Below, piece by piece: positions 35,180 to 48,567 of a stretch of DNA of 64,000 nucleotides. Position numbers and translations under genes: made by a program. The notes under the pieces were generated by a model. It ran no database searches, was not told the DNA's origin, and worked only from the letters and a program-made list of their open reading frames with translations. The stretch's first letter is position 1. Every line of letters starts with the position of its first letter. This stretch comes from Felis catus (lineage: Eukaryota), in contig NC_058383.1 of the NCBI RefSeq assembly GCF_018350175.1, positions 14,572,001 to 14,636,000 of the forward strand, given 5' to 3'.

Positions 35180-38100
35180 ACAAAGATTTACTCTTATATT
35201 CTCTTCTTATACTAAGGTCTGTGATCCATTTTGAGTTCATTTTTCTGAATGGTGTGAGGTAGGGGTACAAATCTATTATTCTGCATGTTTATATCTAGTC
35301 CTAGCACCACTGTTGGAAAGACTGTTCTTTTTTTCACTGAATTTTATTGTCATCCTTGTTGAAAATCAGTTGACCATAAATGTGGTTTATTTCAGGACTT
35401 TGAATCCTATGTCACTGATTGTGCCAGTGTCACCTGTATTTGTTTACTATAATTTAATAGTTTTGAAATGTGAGTGTGTGACTTCTCCAACTTTTTTTTT
35501 TTCAGGATTGTTTTGACTCTTCTAGGGTCCCTTGTATTTCCATATGAATTTTAGGATCTGCTGGTCAATCTTTTTAGGAAAGCCAGATGAGGATTTTGGT
35601 AAGGATTGTGTTGAATCTGTAGATGATTTGAGGAATATTGTCATTGTTACAATATTAAGTCTTCTGATCATTAAACATGAAATGTTTAGAGATAGTTTTA
35701 CTTCTTCCCTCCCAAATCGGATACTTTTAATTTTTTTCTTCTCTAATTTCCCTGACTAAAACTTCCAGTACAATGTGAGAATGTACATCTTTGTCCCATT
35801 CCTGATGTTAGAGGGAAAATTTTTGGTCTTTCACCATCAAGTACCCTACTAGCTTAAGGGTTTTTGCAGATGCCTTTTTTAGGTTGAGAAAACTCCCTCC
35901 TATTCCTAATCTGTTGGGTGTTTTTTTTTTTAACATAAAATAGAATGTTTAATTTTATCAAATGCCTTTTTTGGCAACTATTGGCGTGATCGTGAGGATT
36001 CTGTATTTTATGCTATTGATACTAATGCTATTACACTAATTGATTTTTTTTGATGTTAAATCAACCTTGCATACTTAAGATGCACTGGGTCATGGTGTAT
36101 AATCTTTTTTATATGCTGCTAGGTGGTTTACCAGTAATTTGTTGAGGACTTTTGTGTCTATATATTTATAATGGATATTGGTTGGCAGTTTCCTTTTTAT
36201 TGTGATCTCTTTGACTAGCTTTGGAATCAGGATAATGCTGGTCTCATAAAATGATATGTGAAGTGTTTCTCCTCGCTTCTTTAAATGTATGGTAGAACTG
36301 ACCAGTGCAACTATCTGGTCCTAGATTTTCTTTATGAGAAGTTTTAAATTTTTTTGTTCACTCTTTTTATAAGTTCATTTTATCTTCAATTTCTTCTCGA
36401 TTCTGTTTTGGAACTATGTGTTTGGTCTACAGTTCTTCATAGTATTTCTTTATAGTCCTTTTTATTTCTGTAAGGTCAGTAGTGTTGTCTCCTCTTTCAC
36501 TCCTGATTTTAGGACTTTGAGGTGTTTTTCCTCTTTTCTCCCCCCTCAGTCTAGATAAAGATTTGTCAATTTTGGTTGATCTTTTCAAAAAAACCAAAAT
36601 TTAATTTTATTGGTTTTTCTCTACTGTGTTAGTGTTTTTTAAGATAATTTTTTAACTGAGATAAAATCCATATGACATAAAATTTACCATTTTTAAAATA
36701 AACATTTTCATCACCTGAAAAAAAACAAAAACCAAAAAACCAAAAAACCCTGTACCTATAAGCAGTCACTCTCAGTTCTCCACTCCTTCCACTCCTGGCA
36801 ATCACTAACCTGCTTTCCGTCTCTGGAGTTTTCCTTTCTGGACATTTCATAAAAATAGAATTATATGATGTATACTTGGTGTTATATGATGTTACTTGGT
36901 GAATTATATGATGTTACTTGGTGTCATTTCATTTAGAATAATGTTTACAGGGTTCATTCATGTGGCAGTTTGTATCAGTACCTCATTCCTTTTTATAGCT
37001 AGATAATATTTTATTGTGTGGATATACCACATTTTGTATACTTGTTGATCGGTTGGTGGATACATGTGTCATTTCTATTTTTTTCACATATTAATAATGC
37101 TACTTTGAACATTCTTGTGCAGAATTTATTTGAACATATGTTTTCAATGCTCTTGAATATATACCTAGAAGTAGAATTGCTGGGTTGTATGGTAACCCTA
37201 TGTTTAATGCTTTGCCAAACTGTTTTCCACAGCAGCTATATCATTTGACATTTCCGCTAGAATGTATAAAATTGTTGACAGTTGAATTGCTGAATTGTTC
37301 CAAATTCTCCACGTCCTCCTCAAATCTTCTTATTTTCTTAAAAAAAAAAAATCATAGGCAAACAAGTGTGTGCAAATACACTGTGGTTTCAGTGTATTTC
37401 TCTAATGACTAATGATGTTGAGCATCTTTTCATATGTTTATTGACCATATCTTCTTTGGCAAGTTATACATTTAACTCCTCAGCCTATTTTATTTTATTT
37501 TTCAACGTTTATTTATTTTTGGGACAGAGAGAGACAGAGCATGAACGGGCGAGGGGCAGAGAGAGAGGGAGACACAGAATCGGAAACAGGCTCCAGGCTC
37601 TGAGCCATCAGCCCAGAGCCCGACGCGGGGCTCGAACTCACAGACCGCGAGATCGTGACCTGGCTGAAGTCGGACGCTTAACCGACTGCGCCACCCAGGC
37701 GCCCCTCCTCAGCCTATTTTAAAGGTTGGATTATTCCTCTTTTTCTTGTGAGAAACTATTACAATGGTAGTAGTTTTTCATATATTCCAGATACCAAATC
37801 ATTATCAGCTATATAATTTCTAAATATTTTCTACCATTCCTTGGGTTGTCTTTTCACTTTCTCGATCGTGTTCTTCAATGTATAGAAGTTTTTATTTTCT
37901 ATGAAGTGTAATTTATCTGTTTTTACCTTTCAATGCTTGTGCTTTTGGTGTCATATCTAAAACAATGTTGCTTAATCCAAAGCCATGAAGATCTAAGCCT
38001 ATTTTTTTCTTCTAAGCGTTTTATTGCTTTAGTTCTTACATTTAAATCTTTGTTCAATATTGAGTGAATTTTTGTATATAAGGAAAGAGATCAACTCCAT

Positions 38101-41100
38101 TCTTCTGCACGTGGATATCCAGCTGTCCCCAAACCATTTATTGGAAAACCTGTTATTTTCCCCACTGAATGGTCAACACCTTTGTCAAAAATCATTTGAC
38201 AATAAATGTATATAGATTTATTTATGGGCTCTCAATTTTATTTCATTTGTCATTTATCCTTATGCCAGTATTACACCTATTTGATTAACTTGATTTTGTG
38301 GTAACTTTTGAAATTGGGAAATGAGAGTCTTCTAACCTGGTTCTCCTTTTTCAAGACTGTTTTCGTTGTTCAGAACCCTTTGCATTTCCATGTGAATTTC
38401 AGGACCAATGTATCAATTTCTGCCAAAAAGGCCGTGGAATCTTTTTAGGGGTTTTGTTGTATCTGTATTTAATGTTAAATCTTCCAATGCACAAACATAG
38501 AATGTCTTTCCATATAGGTCACTTTCATTTTTTTAAACACTATTTTGTAATTTTCAGACTACGGCCTCGCACCTTTTTTTAAGTAAGCTTTACATGCAAC
38601 ATGGGGCTTGAACTCATGACACCAAGATCAAGAGTCACATGCTCTACCGACTGAGCCAGTCAGGCATCCCAAGCCTTGCACCTTTCTGATTAAATTTATT
38701 TTGAAGTATTTTCTTCTTTCTGATATTATAGCAAACATAAGTGCTTTCTTGATTTCATGTTTAGACTTGATTGTTAGTGGCTACAAATACAATTAACTTT
38801 TGTATATTAATACTGTATCCCTGCAATTTTGCTGAACTTGTTTATTGATTCTAATACTTTTTGTTTGTGTGGATTGTTTGAAGTTTTCTACATACACAAT
38901 TATTTCAACAGGTAATAGAGATAAGTTTATTTCTTCCTTTACAATTTGAGATCACTTTACCCCCATACCCAATTCTTTGGCCCAAGCCTCCAGTGCGGGC
39001 CAAAGAATGGACATCCTTGTCTACTTCCTGATATTAAAGGAAAAGCTTTCAGTTTTTCACCATTAAGTACATTTTTACCTGTGGGTTTTCTCTAGATGCC
39101 CTTTATCAAGTTGAGAAAGCTCCCTTCTATTGTTAGGTTTTTGAGTTTTTTTTTTTCAATCATGAAAAGGTATTAAATGCTTTTCCTGATACAACTGACA
39201 TGATCACGAAGTTTTTGTCTTTGTTATATTGATATGGAGTATTAGAATCATTGATGTTTTTGGATCATAAGCCAATTTTGCATTCCTATGATAGATTTCA
39301 CTTGGTCGTGGTGTATGATCTGTATCGTGAGCTACTTGATTTGACGTGCTAGAATTTTGCTGAGGGTTTGTATGCCTTTATTCAAAAGGGACATTGATCT
39401 GCAGTTTTTTCATGTGATATTTTTGTCTGGCTTTTGGAACCAGGATAATACCGGTCTTATAAGAGGAGTTGTGAAGCACTCTCATATATTTTACAGAGAT
39501 TTTAAGAGAAATTATGTTAATCTTTCTTTAAACATTTGGTGGAACTCACCAGTGAAACCATCTGAATCTGTCTGGGCTTTTCTCTGTTGGGTGATTGTTT
39601 ACTGATGTAATACATTATCATAAATAAGTTCAAATGCAAAATAGCAAATTCAGAAAAGATTTCTATTTTTTGTCTTGAGTCAGTTTTGGTAATTTACATA
39701 TTTCTAGGAACTTGTTGATTTCATACAGGTCATCTAAATATTTAGAATACAATTGTTCACAGTGTTCTGTTACAATCCTTTCTTTTTCTATGAGATCAGT
39801 AAAAATGTCCCTTTTTTCATCCCTAATTTAGTAATCTGAGCCTTCTCTATTTTTTCTTGTGGTAACTCTAATTAATGATTGCATATTTTGTTGATCTTTC
39901 CAAAGAACTAAACTTTGGTTTTCTGTGAATTTTCCTGTTGTCTATTTACTTTATATATACCCTCCATCTATATTATTTCCTTTCTTCCTCTTGTTTTGGG
40001 TTTAGTTTCCTCTTTTTTTCTGACTTTTTAAAGGTGAAAAGGTGGGAATTTTATTTGAGGCTGATATTTTTCAGTGTATGCATTCACAGCTATAAATTCC
40101 TTCCTAAGTACCGGGTTCACTGACTCTCTTAAGTTTTGGTATGTTATATTTTCGTTTTCATTCATCGCAAAGTATTTTCTAATGTCCCTTGTGATTTTTT
40201 CTTTCACCCATTAGTTATTTAAGAGTATGTTGTTAAATTTCCACATACTTATAAATGTTCCAAATTTTCTTCTGTTATTGATTTCTAACTTCATTCCACT
40301 GTGGTCAAAGAACATACTTGGTATGATTTTAATTTTTACAAATTTAGTTAGGCTTATTTTGGTCTATAACCAAACAAATGGCTTTCCTGGAAAATATTTC
40401 ATGAGCATTTGATAAGAATGTGTATTGTGATGTTGGGTGGAGTGTTCTATAAATGTCTAATAAGACTACTTAATAGCTTTTCAAGTTTTCTATTTCTTTG
40501 TGATCTTCCATCTGACTTTTGTTCCATTAATGAAAGTTGGTTATTGAAGTTTCCAAATATCATTGTAAAAGTATACATTCTTCCTTCAATTCTGTCGGTT
40601 TTGCTTCTTTGTATATTTTGGAACTCTGTTGTTAGGTACGTGTATGTTCATTATTTTTATATCTTTTTGATGAGTTGGTCCTTTTTAAATTATATATCCT
40701 TTTTTTGTCTATAGTAACAATTATTGCTTTCATACCTATTTTGTTTGATATTAGTATAGTCACTAGAACTCTCTTTTGGTTTGTATTTGCATGGACTGTT
40801 TTTTTATTGTGGTAAAATAGATATAACATTTTCCATTTTCATCATTTTTAAATGTACAACTCAGTGGCCTAAAATAAATTGACAGTGTTGTGTTAGCCAT
40901 CATCATCTATTTCAAGAAGTTTTTCATTATCCCAAACAGAAACTCTGCACCCATTAAATAATAACTCTCCATTCCCCCACCCCTCTAGTCCATGGTAACT
41001 TTTATTCTACTTTTTGTTTCTTCTTTTTTTTAATGTTTATTTATTTTTGAGACAGAGAGAGACAGAACATGAATGAGGGAGGGTCAGAGAGACAGGGAGA

Positions 41101-43601
41101 CACAGAATCCGAAGCAGGCTCCAGGCTCTGAGCTGTCAGCACAGAGCCCGATGTGGGGCTCAAACCCACAGACCGTGAGATCATGACCTGAGCCGAAGTC
41201 AGAGGCTCAACTGACTGAGCCACCCAGGCACCCCTCTACTTTTTGTTTCTATGAATTTTCCTATTCTTGATGCCTCACAAAGTGGAATCATATAATATTT
41301 CTCTTTCCGTGTCTGGCTTCTTTTGTTTAGCATAATGTCCTCAATGTTCATCATGTTGTAGCATGTATCAGAATTTCATTCATTTTTGTGGCTAAATAAT
41401 ATTTCATGGTATTCGGATGATACATTTTAATTGCCCATTGATGTGTTGATGAACTCTTGGGTAATTTCCACTTTGTGGCTACTGTGAATAACGGTGTTGT
41501 GAACATTAATGTACACATATCTGGTAGGGTCCTTGCTTTCAATTCTTTTGGATATAAAACTAGGAGTGGAACTGGTGAATCCTACAATATTTTTATGTTT
41601 AACTTTTGGAGGAGTTGCCAAACTATTTTCCACAATGGCTGCACCATTATCCATTCACACCTGCAATGTATGAGGGCTCCAATTACTCTAAATTCTCAGC
41701 AACACTTGTTATTTTCTGTGTAATAGATAACGGCCATCATAACACATGTGAAGTGGTATCTCATTATTTTGACTTGTGTTTCCTTTAGAACTAATGATGT
41801 TGAGCATCTTTTCATGTGTTTATTGGTCATTTGTGTATCTTCTTTTGGTAAGTGTCTACTTATGCCTGTGCCCATTTTTAAATCAGGTTGTTTGGTATTT
41901 GGTCTTCAGTTGTAGGAGGTTTTTAAATATATATTCTGCATATTAATGTGTTATTGTAGGTATGATTTGCAAACACTCTGTCCCATTCTGTGAGTTGTGT
42001 TTTTACCTCCTTGATACATGTCCTTTGATGCAGAAAGGTTTCAATTTTGATAAAATTCAATTTATCAACTTTTTTCTTTTGTTGCCTGTGCATTTAGTGT
42101 CAGATCTGAGAAATCATTGCCAAATCCAATAACATGAATATTTTCCCTATTTTTTCATCTAAGAGTTTTATAGTTTCAACTCCTCATTTAGGTCTTTGAC
42201 ACATTTTAAGTTAACTTTTGTATATGGTATACAGTTAAGGGTCCAACTTCAGTCTTTTGCATGTGGATATCCACTTTCTCTTCACCATCTGTTGAAAAGA
42301 CTGTTCTTTCCCCATGAATGGTGCTGGCCTGTTTGTCAAAAAATGAATTGACTGCACATGTGAAGATTTATTTTGAGGGCTAATTATTTCATTTCATTGG
42401 CCTATATATCTGTCTTTATGCCAGTACCATACCCTTTTGATTACTGTAGATTTGTAGTAAGGTTTGAAATTATTTTTGGCTATTTGGGGTCCCCTGAGAT
42501 TCCATATGAATTTAAGAATGCTTTTTCCATTTCCTGGAGAAAAAAAACACCATTGGTATTTTGATTAGGGATTGCATTTAATTTATGTCTTATTTCATTT
42601 CTTCCACCCCCTTTTATAGTTTTTGATGTACAAATATTTTCCTGATTTCATTACATTATTCTGAAGTATTTTATTCTTTTTGATGCTATTTCAAAATTTT
42701 TTTTATATTTTTTTCATTTTTGAGACAGAGAGAGACAGAACATGAACGGAGGAGGGTCAGAAAGAGGGAGACACAGAATCCGAAGCAGACACCAGGCTCC
42801 GAGCTGTCAGCACAGAGCCTGACGCGGGGCTCGAACTCACGGACCGTGAGATCATGACCTGAGCTGAAGTCGGACGCTTAACCGACTGAGCCACCCAGGC
42901 GCCCCTTCTTGATGCTATTTCAAATAGAATTGATTTCTTTATTTTCCTCTTGAATTGTTCGTTGCTAAAATGCAACTGATTTTTGCATGTTGGTTTTGTG
43001 TCATTCAACTTTGCCAAATTAATTTATTAGCTTTAACAGTTGTGCGTGCGTGTGTGTGTGTGTGTGTGTGTGATCTTTATGGTTTTTACATATAAGATAA
43101 TATCTTCTGTGAACAAAAATAATCTTACTTTCCCAATTTGGATCCATTTTATTTTTTTCTTTCCTAATCCCTCTGGCTAAAACTGTATTAAATAGAAATG
43201 ATGAAAGCCTACATGCTTGTCGTGTTCCTGATTTTAGAGGAAAAGCTTTAGTCTTTCACCATTTAGTGTAATGTTAGCTATGAGTTTTTCATACAAGGTC
43301 TTTATCATGATTAAGGTAGTTCCCTTCTGCTGTTAGTAGTTTTTTTTTAATCATGAAATGGTTTTGAATTTGACAAATGCTTTTTTTGTATTGAGATGAT
43401 CATGTGTTTTCTCCTTCATACTATTAATGTGGTGTATTACACTGATTAACTTTCATATATTGAACCACCCTTGCATTCAAGAATAAATTATACTTAGTCT
43501 TGGTATATAGTCGCTTTAATATGCTGCTGAATTTGTTTACTAGTATTTTGTTGTGGAGATTTTTGCATTAATATTCATAGAGGATATCGGTCCATAGTGT
43601 T

Positions 43602-43655
<54 letters not shown>

Positions 43656-46300
43656 TTGTCTGGCTTTGGTATCTGGAAAATACTGGCTTCATAAAATTAG
43701 GAAGTGTTATGTCCTTTTCAATTTTTTAGAACACTATGGAAAGTGTTTAGGTTCATCCTTCTTTAACTGCCTGGTAGAATTCACAAAGCCATCTACTCTA
43801 GGTTTTTATTTGTTGAGATATTTTTGATTGCTTATTTAATCTCCTTCATATATCTTTAGGTCCATGCATATTTCTATTTATTTATGAGTCAGTGTCATAA
43901 TTTATGCATTTCTAGGAATGTTTCTATTTTTTAGGTTATCTAAATTGGATATTAAAAACTGTTCATAATTTTCTCATAATAGTTTCTATTTATGTGAAGT
44001 TGGTTAATGATGCTCCCACTTCAATTTCTGATTTTAGAAATTTAAAACATCACTCTCTTCTTTTTGTAATCAATCTAGCTAAAAGGTTGTCCATTTTTTA
44101 AGAATCTTGGGGCGACTGAGTCGGTGAAGCGTTTGACTAGTGATTTCAGCTCCGGTCACGATCTCACAGTTCGTGAGACTGAGCCCCACAATGGGCTCTG
44201 CACTGACAACAGTGGAGCCTGCTTGGGATTCTCTCATCTCTCTCTCTCTCTCTCTCTCAAAATAAACACATAAAATCTTTAAAAAAAACAACAGAACCTT
44301 TTCGCAGAACCACACTTTGTTTCGTTGTACTTCTCTACTGTTTTTCTATTCTCCATTTCATTTGTCATGCTTTAGTCTTCATTATTTCCTTACTTTTCCT
44401 ACCTTTGGGGTTCTCTTTTTAGTCCTTTGAGATGTACAATTAAGTTATTGACTGAAATCTTTCTTCTTTTTAATGTGTTTACGGCTATAAATTTCCCTTT
44501 CAGCACTGCTTTTGCAGTATCCCACAAATTTTCATATGTTGTGTCTTCACTTTCATTTGTCTCAATGTATTTTCCAGTTTCCCTTGCGATTACTTCTTTG
44601 AAATTGGTTGTTTAGAAGTGTGATGTTTAATTTCCACATCGTTGTGAATGTCCAAGTTTTCATTCCTTTATTGGTTTAGTTTTATTCCACTGTGATTAAA
44701 CACATACTTTGTATGATTTCAACTTTTAAAAGTGTATGAAGACTTGTTTTACATCCTAACATATGGTTAAACCTGAATAATGCTCTATGTGCACTTGGGA
44801 AAAAAGTGTATCTTGCTGTTGTTGGGTGTAACGTTCTGTATGTGTCTGTTAGTTCTACCTAGTGTATAGTGTTGTTCAAATCCTCTATTTCCTTATTTTT
44901 TTTATTTAAAAAAAATTTTTTAACGTTTATTTATTTTTGAGACAGAGAGAGACAGAACATGAACAGAGGAGGGTCAGAGAGAGAGGGAGACACAAAATCT
45001 GAAACAGGCTCCAGGCTCTGAGCACAAAGCCCGATGCGGGGCTCGAACTCACGGACTGTGAGATCATGACCTGAGCCGAAGTCAGATGCCTAACCAACTG
45101 AGCCACCCAGGCGCCCCATGAATATGACATTTTTTGATGTGTATCTCCCTGATTTTATCCTCCTTGGAGGATAGTGGACAAGCACTATCTCTTTAAATTC
45201 TTTGAGAACCACTTCCATCTGTGAGGTTTAATAGTTTAATACAACAGCCAACCTCTGTGCTTGCCCCTCAGCAATCAAAGCAAATATCAGAATTCAAAAC
45301 ACACAACCTTGATGTTTGGAAGACATGAGTCTCATTGCCCATGTTGGCTCCAGCAAGCTACACAAGAATGCTGGCTACTCTCCCCACAGCTGCCTACTGT
45401 GGGGTTGGGGGCTGGTATGCAAAAGGCCATAATTCACTAGAATTTATTGAAGTTCACTAGCTTCTTTACCAAGTTCTCCCATGGACACACTGCAAGTGTT
45501 CAAGTAGATGCCAGAGTTCTCAACTAGTAATTTCAAACAGTTTTTGCCAGCTCAATAGTTGCTTAGGTGGAGGGACAGATTTCTAAATCTCCTGACTCCA
45601 CCATGTTCTGTGATGTATAAATTTTTGCATCCTTTTACTTATCATTTGCAATTTTGAATCTATAACAAGTCTCTTGCAGACAGCATGTAGTTGGATCATG
45701 TTTTGTAAATCTAGTCTGCCAATCTCTATCTTTTAGGGAGTTTAATCCATTTACATTTAATGTAATTACCAACAAGGAAGCATCTCTGTCATTTTACTAC
45801 TAATTCCTATATGTCTCTTTTGTTCCTAAATCCTCCATTACTACCTACCTTCTTTTGTGTTAGATATGATTTTCCAGTATATCATTTTATTCCCCTATCA
45901 TTTGTTTTCCTACATTTTTTGAGTTATTTGCTGAGTGGTTTCCATGGGAGTTGTAATTAATATCTTACTTTGTAATAAACTAGTTCAGATTAATACCAGT
46001 TAATTTTCAATAGAATATAAATACTTTGCTCCTATAATATCTTGGTCCTTTCATGTTGTCATTTTTACAAATTATACTTTTACACATTATGTGCCCATCA
46101 ACATAGATTTACAGTGATTGCCTTTATGCAGTTGTTTTTTGAGTCAAATAGAAAAAAAGGAGTTACAAACAAAAATGCATTTATGCTGTCTAGTTCTCTC
46201 GATAGAGAATCTGTGATTGAGTTTTTTTCTTTCAACACTTTGACTATATCATACCATTAGCTTTTGGCCTTCATGGTTTCTGATAAGAGACCAGCTGTTA
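35180..46300 (-). mobile_element. ~11 kb stack of nested old L1s (L1MA/L1MB-like), 3' ends at ~36640 and ~40801; SINEs at 37493-37705, 38573-38670, 41024-41234, 42697-42905, 44109-44290 (+), 44896-45118
   Basis: The same antisense ORF2 segments recur three times (e.g. ttcctgat..tagagg(g)aaa...ttcacca at ~35800, ~39030, ~43230); no intact ORF. Confidence 0.85.
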
Positions 46301-46807
46301 GGCCCTAATCTAACAGCGTTCCCCAGATGAGTTCAAGGACAATCTAGTAAATGTCCCTAGGATGGAGAGTTTCTGGCTCCCTTAAACCACAGTTGTGGGG
46401 AGTAATGAAGAGAAGGGACCTTTATTAAATCAGAGAGATGAAGACATAGCTTGTTCTATTTTAGGTCTACTTCAAGTAGACTCCCTACTACTTGTAGTTT
46501 GGCAGAGTTATTATGGCTCGGAAGGAGGACTATGAGTTGTTAATCCATTATATTTCTTCATTCAGTCTCATTGGTTCTGAAGTTATTAGGAACTGCCCTT
46601 TAAACTCTTATCTTTGGTTTCCAGTGTTGTATTTTCCCATTTTTACATCTGCACGATTATTTTAATAACACTTGGGAGAAGGAAAATGAAGCATTATCCA
46701 TTATCTTTCAACAATGCATATAACTTCTCGAGTGGCTTTTACACCAAGATAAACAGTGAAGTAAGGAAAAGCATGGAAAAAAAAATACCATAAGAAATTA
46801 GAAGCCC

Positions 46808-46925
46808 TGGGGCAGTTGGCTGGCTCAGTCAACAGAGCATGCAATTCTCCATCTCAGGGTTGTAGGTTCGAGCCCCACATTGGGTGTGGATTACTTAAGA
46901 AAATAAAATAAAATCTTGAAAAACA
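46808..46925 (+). mobile_element. Short older Can-SINE
   Basis: ggctggctcagt...ggttcgagccccac...aaataaaa. Confidence 0.75.
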
Positions 46926-47044
46926 AGAAACTGGAATCCCCTCATGAAAAGCTGTCTTTCTTTGCTCTGTAGAGTGGCAGACAAGAAACTTGTCAAGAGG
47001 GCACTAATTTGTATGAATATATAAATCTCTTATAGTTAAGCTAA

Positions 47045-47466
47045 GGTATCTGTGGTCTCACATTCTTGTGGTTTCAGTTACCTGTGTCAACTGAAGTCTG
47101 AAGGCAGATGATAGCACCTCCCGTTGCTATTCATGATGCCTACGTTATTTACCTTCATTTCATCATGAAAGCATTTTATCTTCTCACATCACCATAAGAA
47201 AGGTGAATGCAATACAGTAGGATATTCTGAGAGAGAGAGAGAGAGACCACGTGCACGCACGTATTTATTATATATATTATTATAGTTATTTTATTATTAG
47301 TTATTGTTGTTCATCTCTTCCTGTGCTTAATTTACAAATTAAACTTTTCATAGGTTTGCATGTATAGGAAGAAACATGGTGTATATGGGGTTTGGTCCTA
47401 CCTGTGATTTCGGCCATTCACTCGAGGTGTCGGAATGTGTCCCCTGCAGAGAAGGGAGACTACTGT
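47045..47466 (-). mobile_element. Tigger-family MITE (MER44-like)
   Basis: ...gagagagagaccac...ttagttattgttgttcatctctt...catgtatagga...gtcccctgcagagaagggagactactg-TA terminus. Confidence 0.8.
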
Positions 47467-48427
47467 ATTTGGAAACTAAAGAACATCCACATAAAGCCAC
47501 AAGTCATTGCAGGAATCAGATTGCGCGGTGAGGGTCTCGCATGTATATTTCACATCGGTTCTCGCCCTAAAGGCTTCTATCCTGACAGGTGGGTGGAAAC
47601 TGATTCTCAGGGCCCTCAATATGTGACATGCGGTAATATGTAGCTGCAGTGAGGACATTTGAGAAATGGCTCAGCGCTCAGACACCCTCATAAAAATTCT
47701 GGAAGCTCCAAACTTGCTGAGAGAAGGCAGGGGCCGTAGTATTGCCAAAATGAGTCAACCAAAGAAATTTCACTTTTTTTTTTTCTTTTTAACCTCTGGG
47801 AAGGGAGTTCAAAGCCTATTATTTCCGAAAGCCAAGCAAAGAAAATTCACTCCAATGATATGGATATTTGACTTTATACTTCTTAGGCAAGATAAACTAT
47901 TCTTTTGTGTGGGCCGACGTTGAGACTCTTGCCAGCATTCTACTTGGGTTTAATAGGATAGATTAACTCGGAGCTTCCCAGAGTCAAAACAAGCAACCAG
48001 CCGAGGTTGCTGAAGTCAGAGCAGTGAGATCTTCCAGAAATCACAGAGGAACCTCAAGTTAAAGAGAAAAACCACAGGAGTTCAACTTGATTTCAACCCT
48101 CACATTTCCTGGAAATCATTTGCGAAAACCCAGGTTTGGCAATGAATCTGTTAAATAATTGAGCTAAGGTCAAGATTAGCAATGTGTGTGGTGGGACGGT
48201 GGGCTCATGGCCGAGAGTTTGATTGACCAACTGCTTAGGTGTGCACATTGTAGAAGGGCTTTAAATGAGCCCTGTGTTGGGCTGTTCATTTGAGGTGAGA
48301 AGAAGCCTCTCGGGATGGTGTCCTGATCCCACAGCCACTGCCGCTGCCTATTTAGGCCCTAGGAAATCCGTAGGTTTTCTCCCCCAGTTGTTTTGCAAGT
48401 TGATGGCTACAAAGGAAGCAATCACAT

Positions 48428-48567
48428 GGGGCGCCTGGATGGCTCAGTGGGGCACGCATCCAACTCTTGATCTCAGCTCAGGTCTTGATCTTAGGGTGGT
48501 GAGTTCAAGCCCCGTGGGGGGCTCCGCGCTGGGTGCGACGCCTACTTTAAAAAGAAAAGAAAGAAAC
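48428..48567 (+). mobile_element. Short Can-SINE
   Basis: ggggcgcctggatggctcagt...gagttcaagccc...A tail. Confidence 0.85.
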
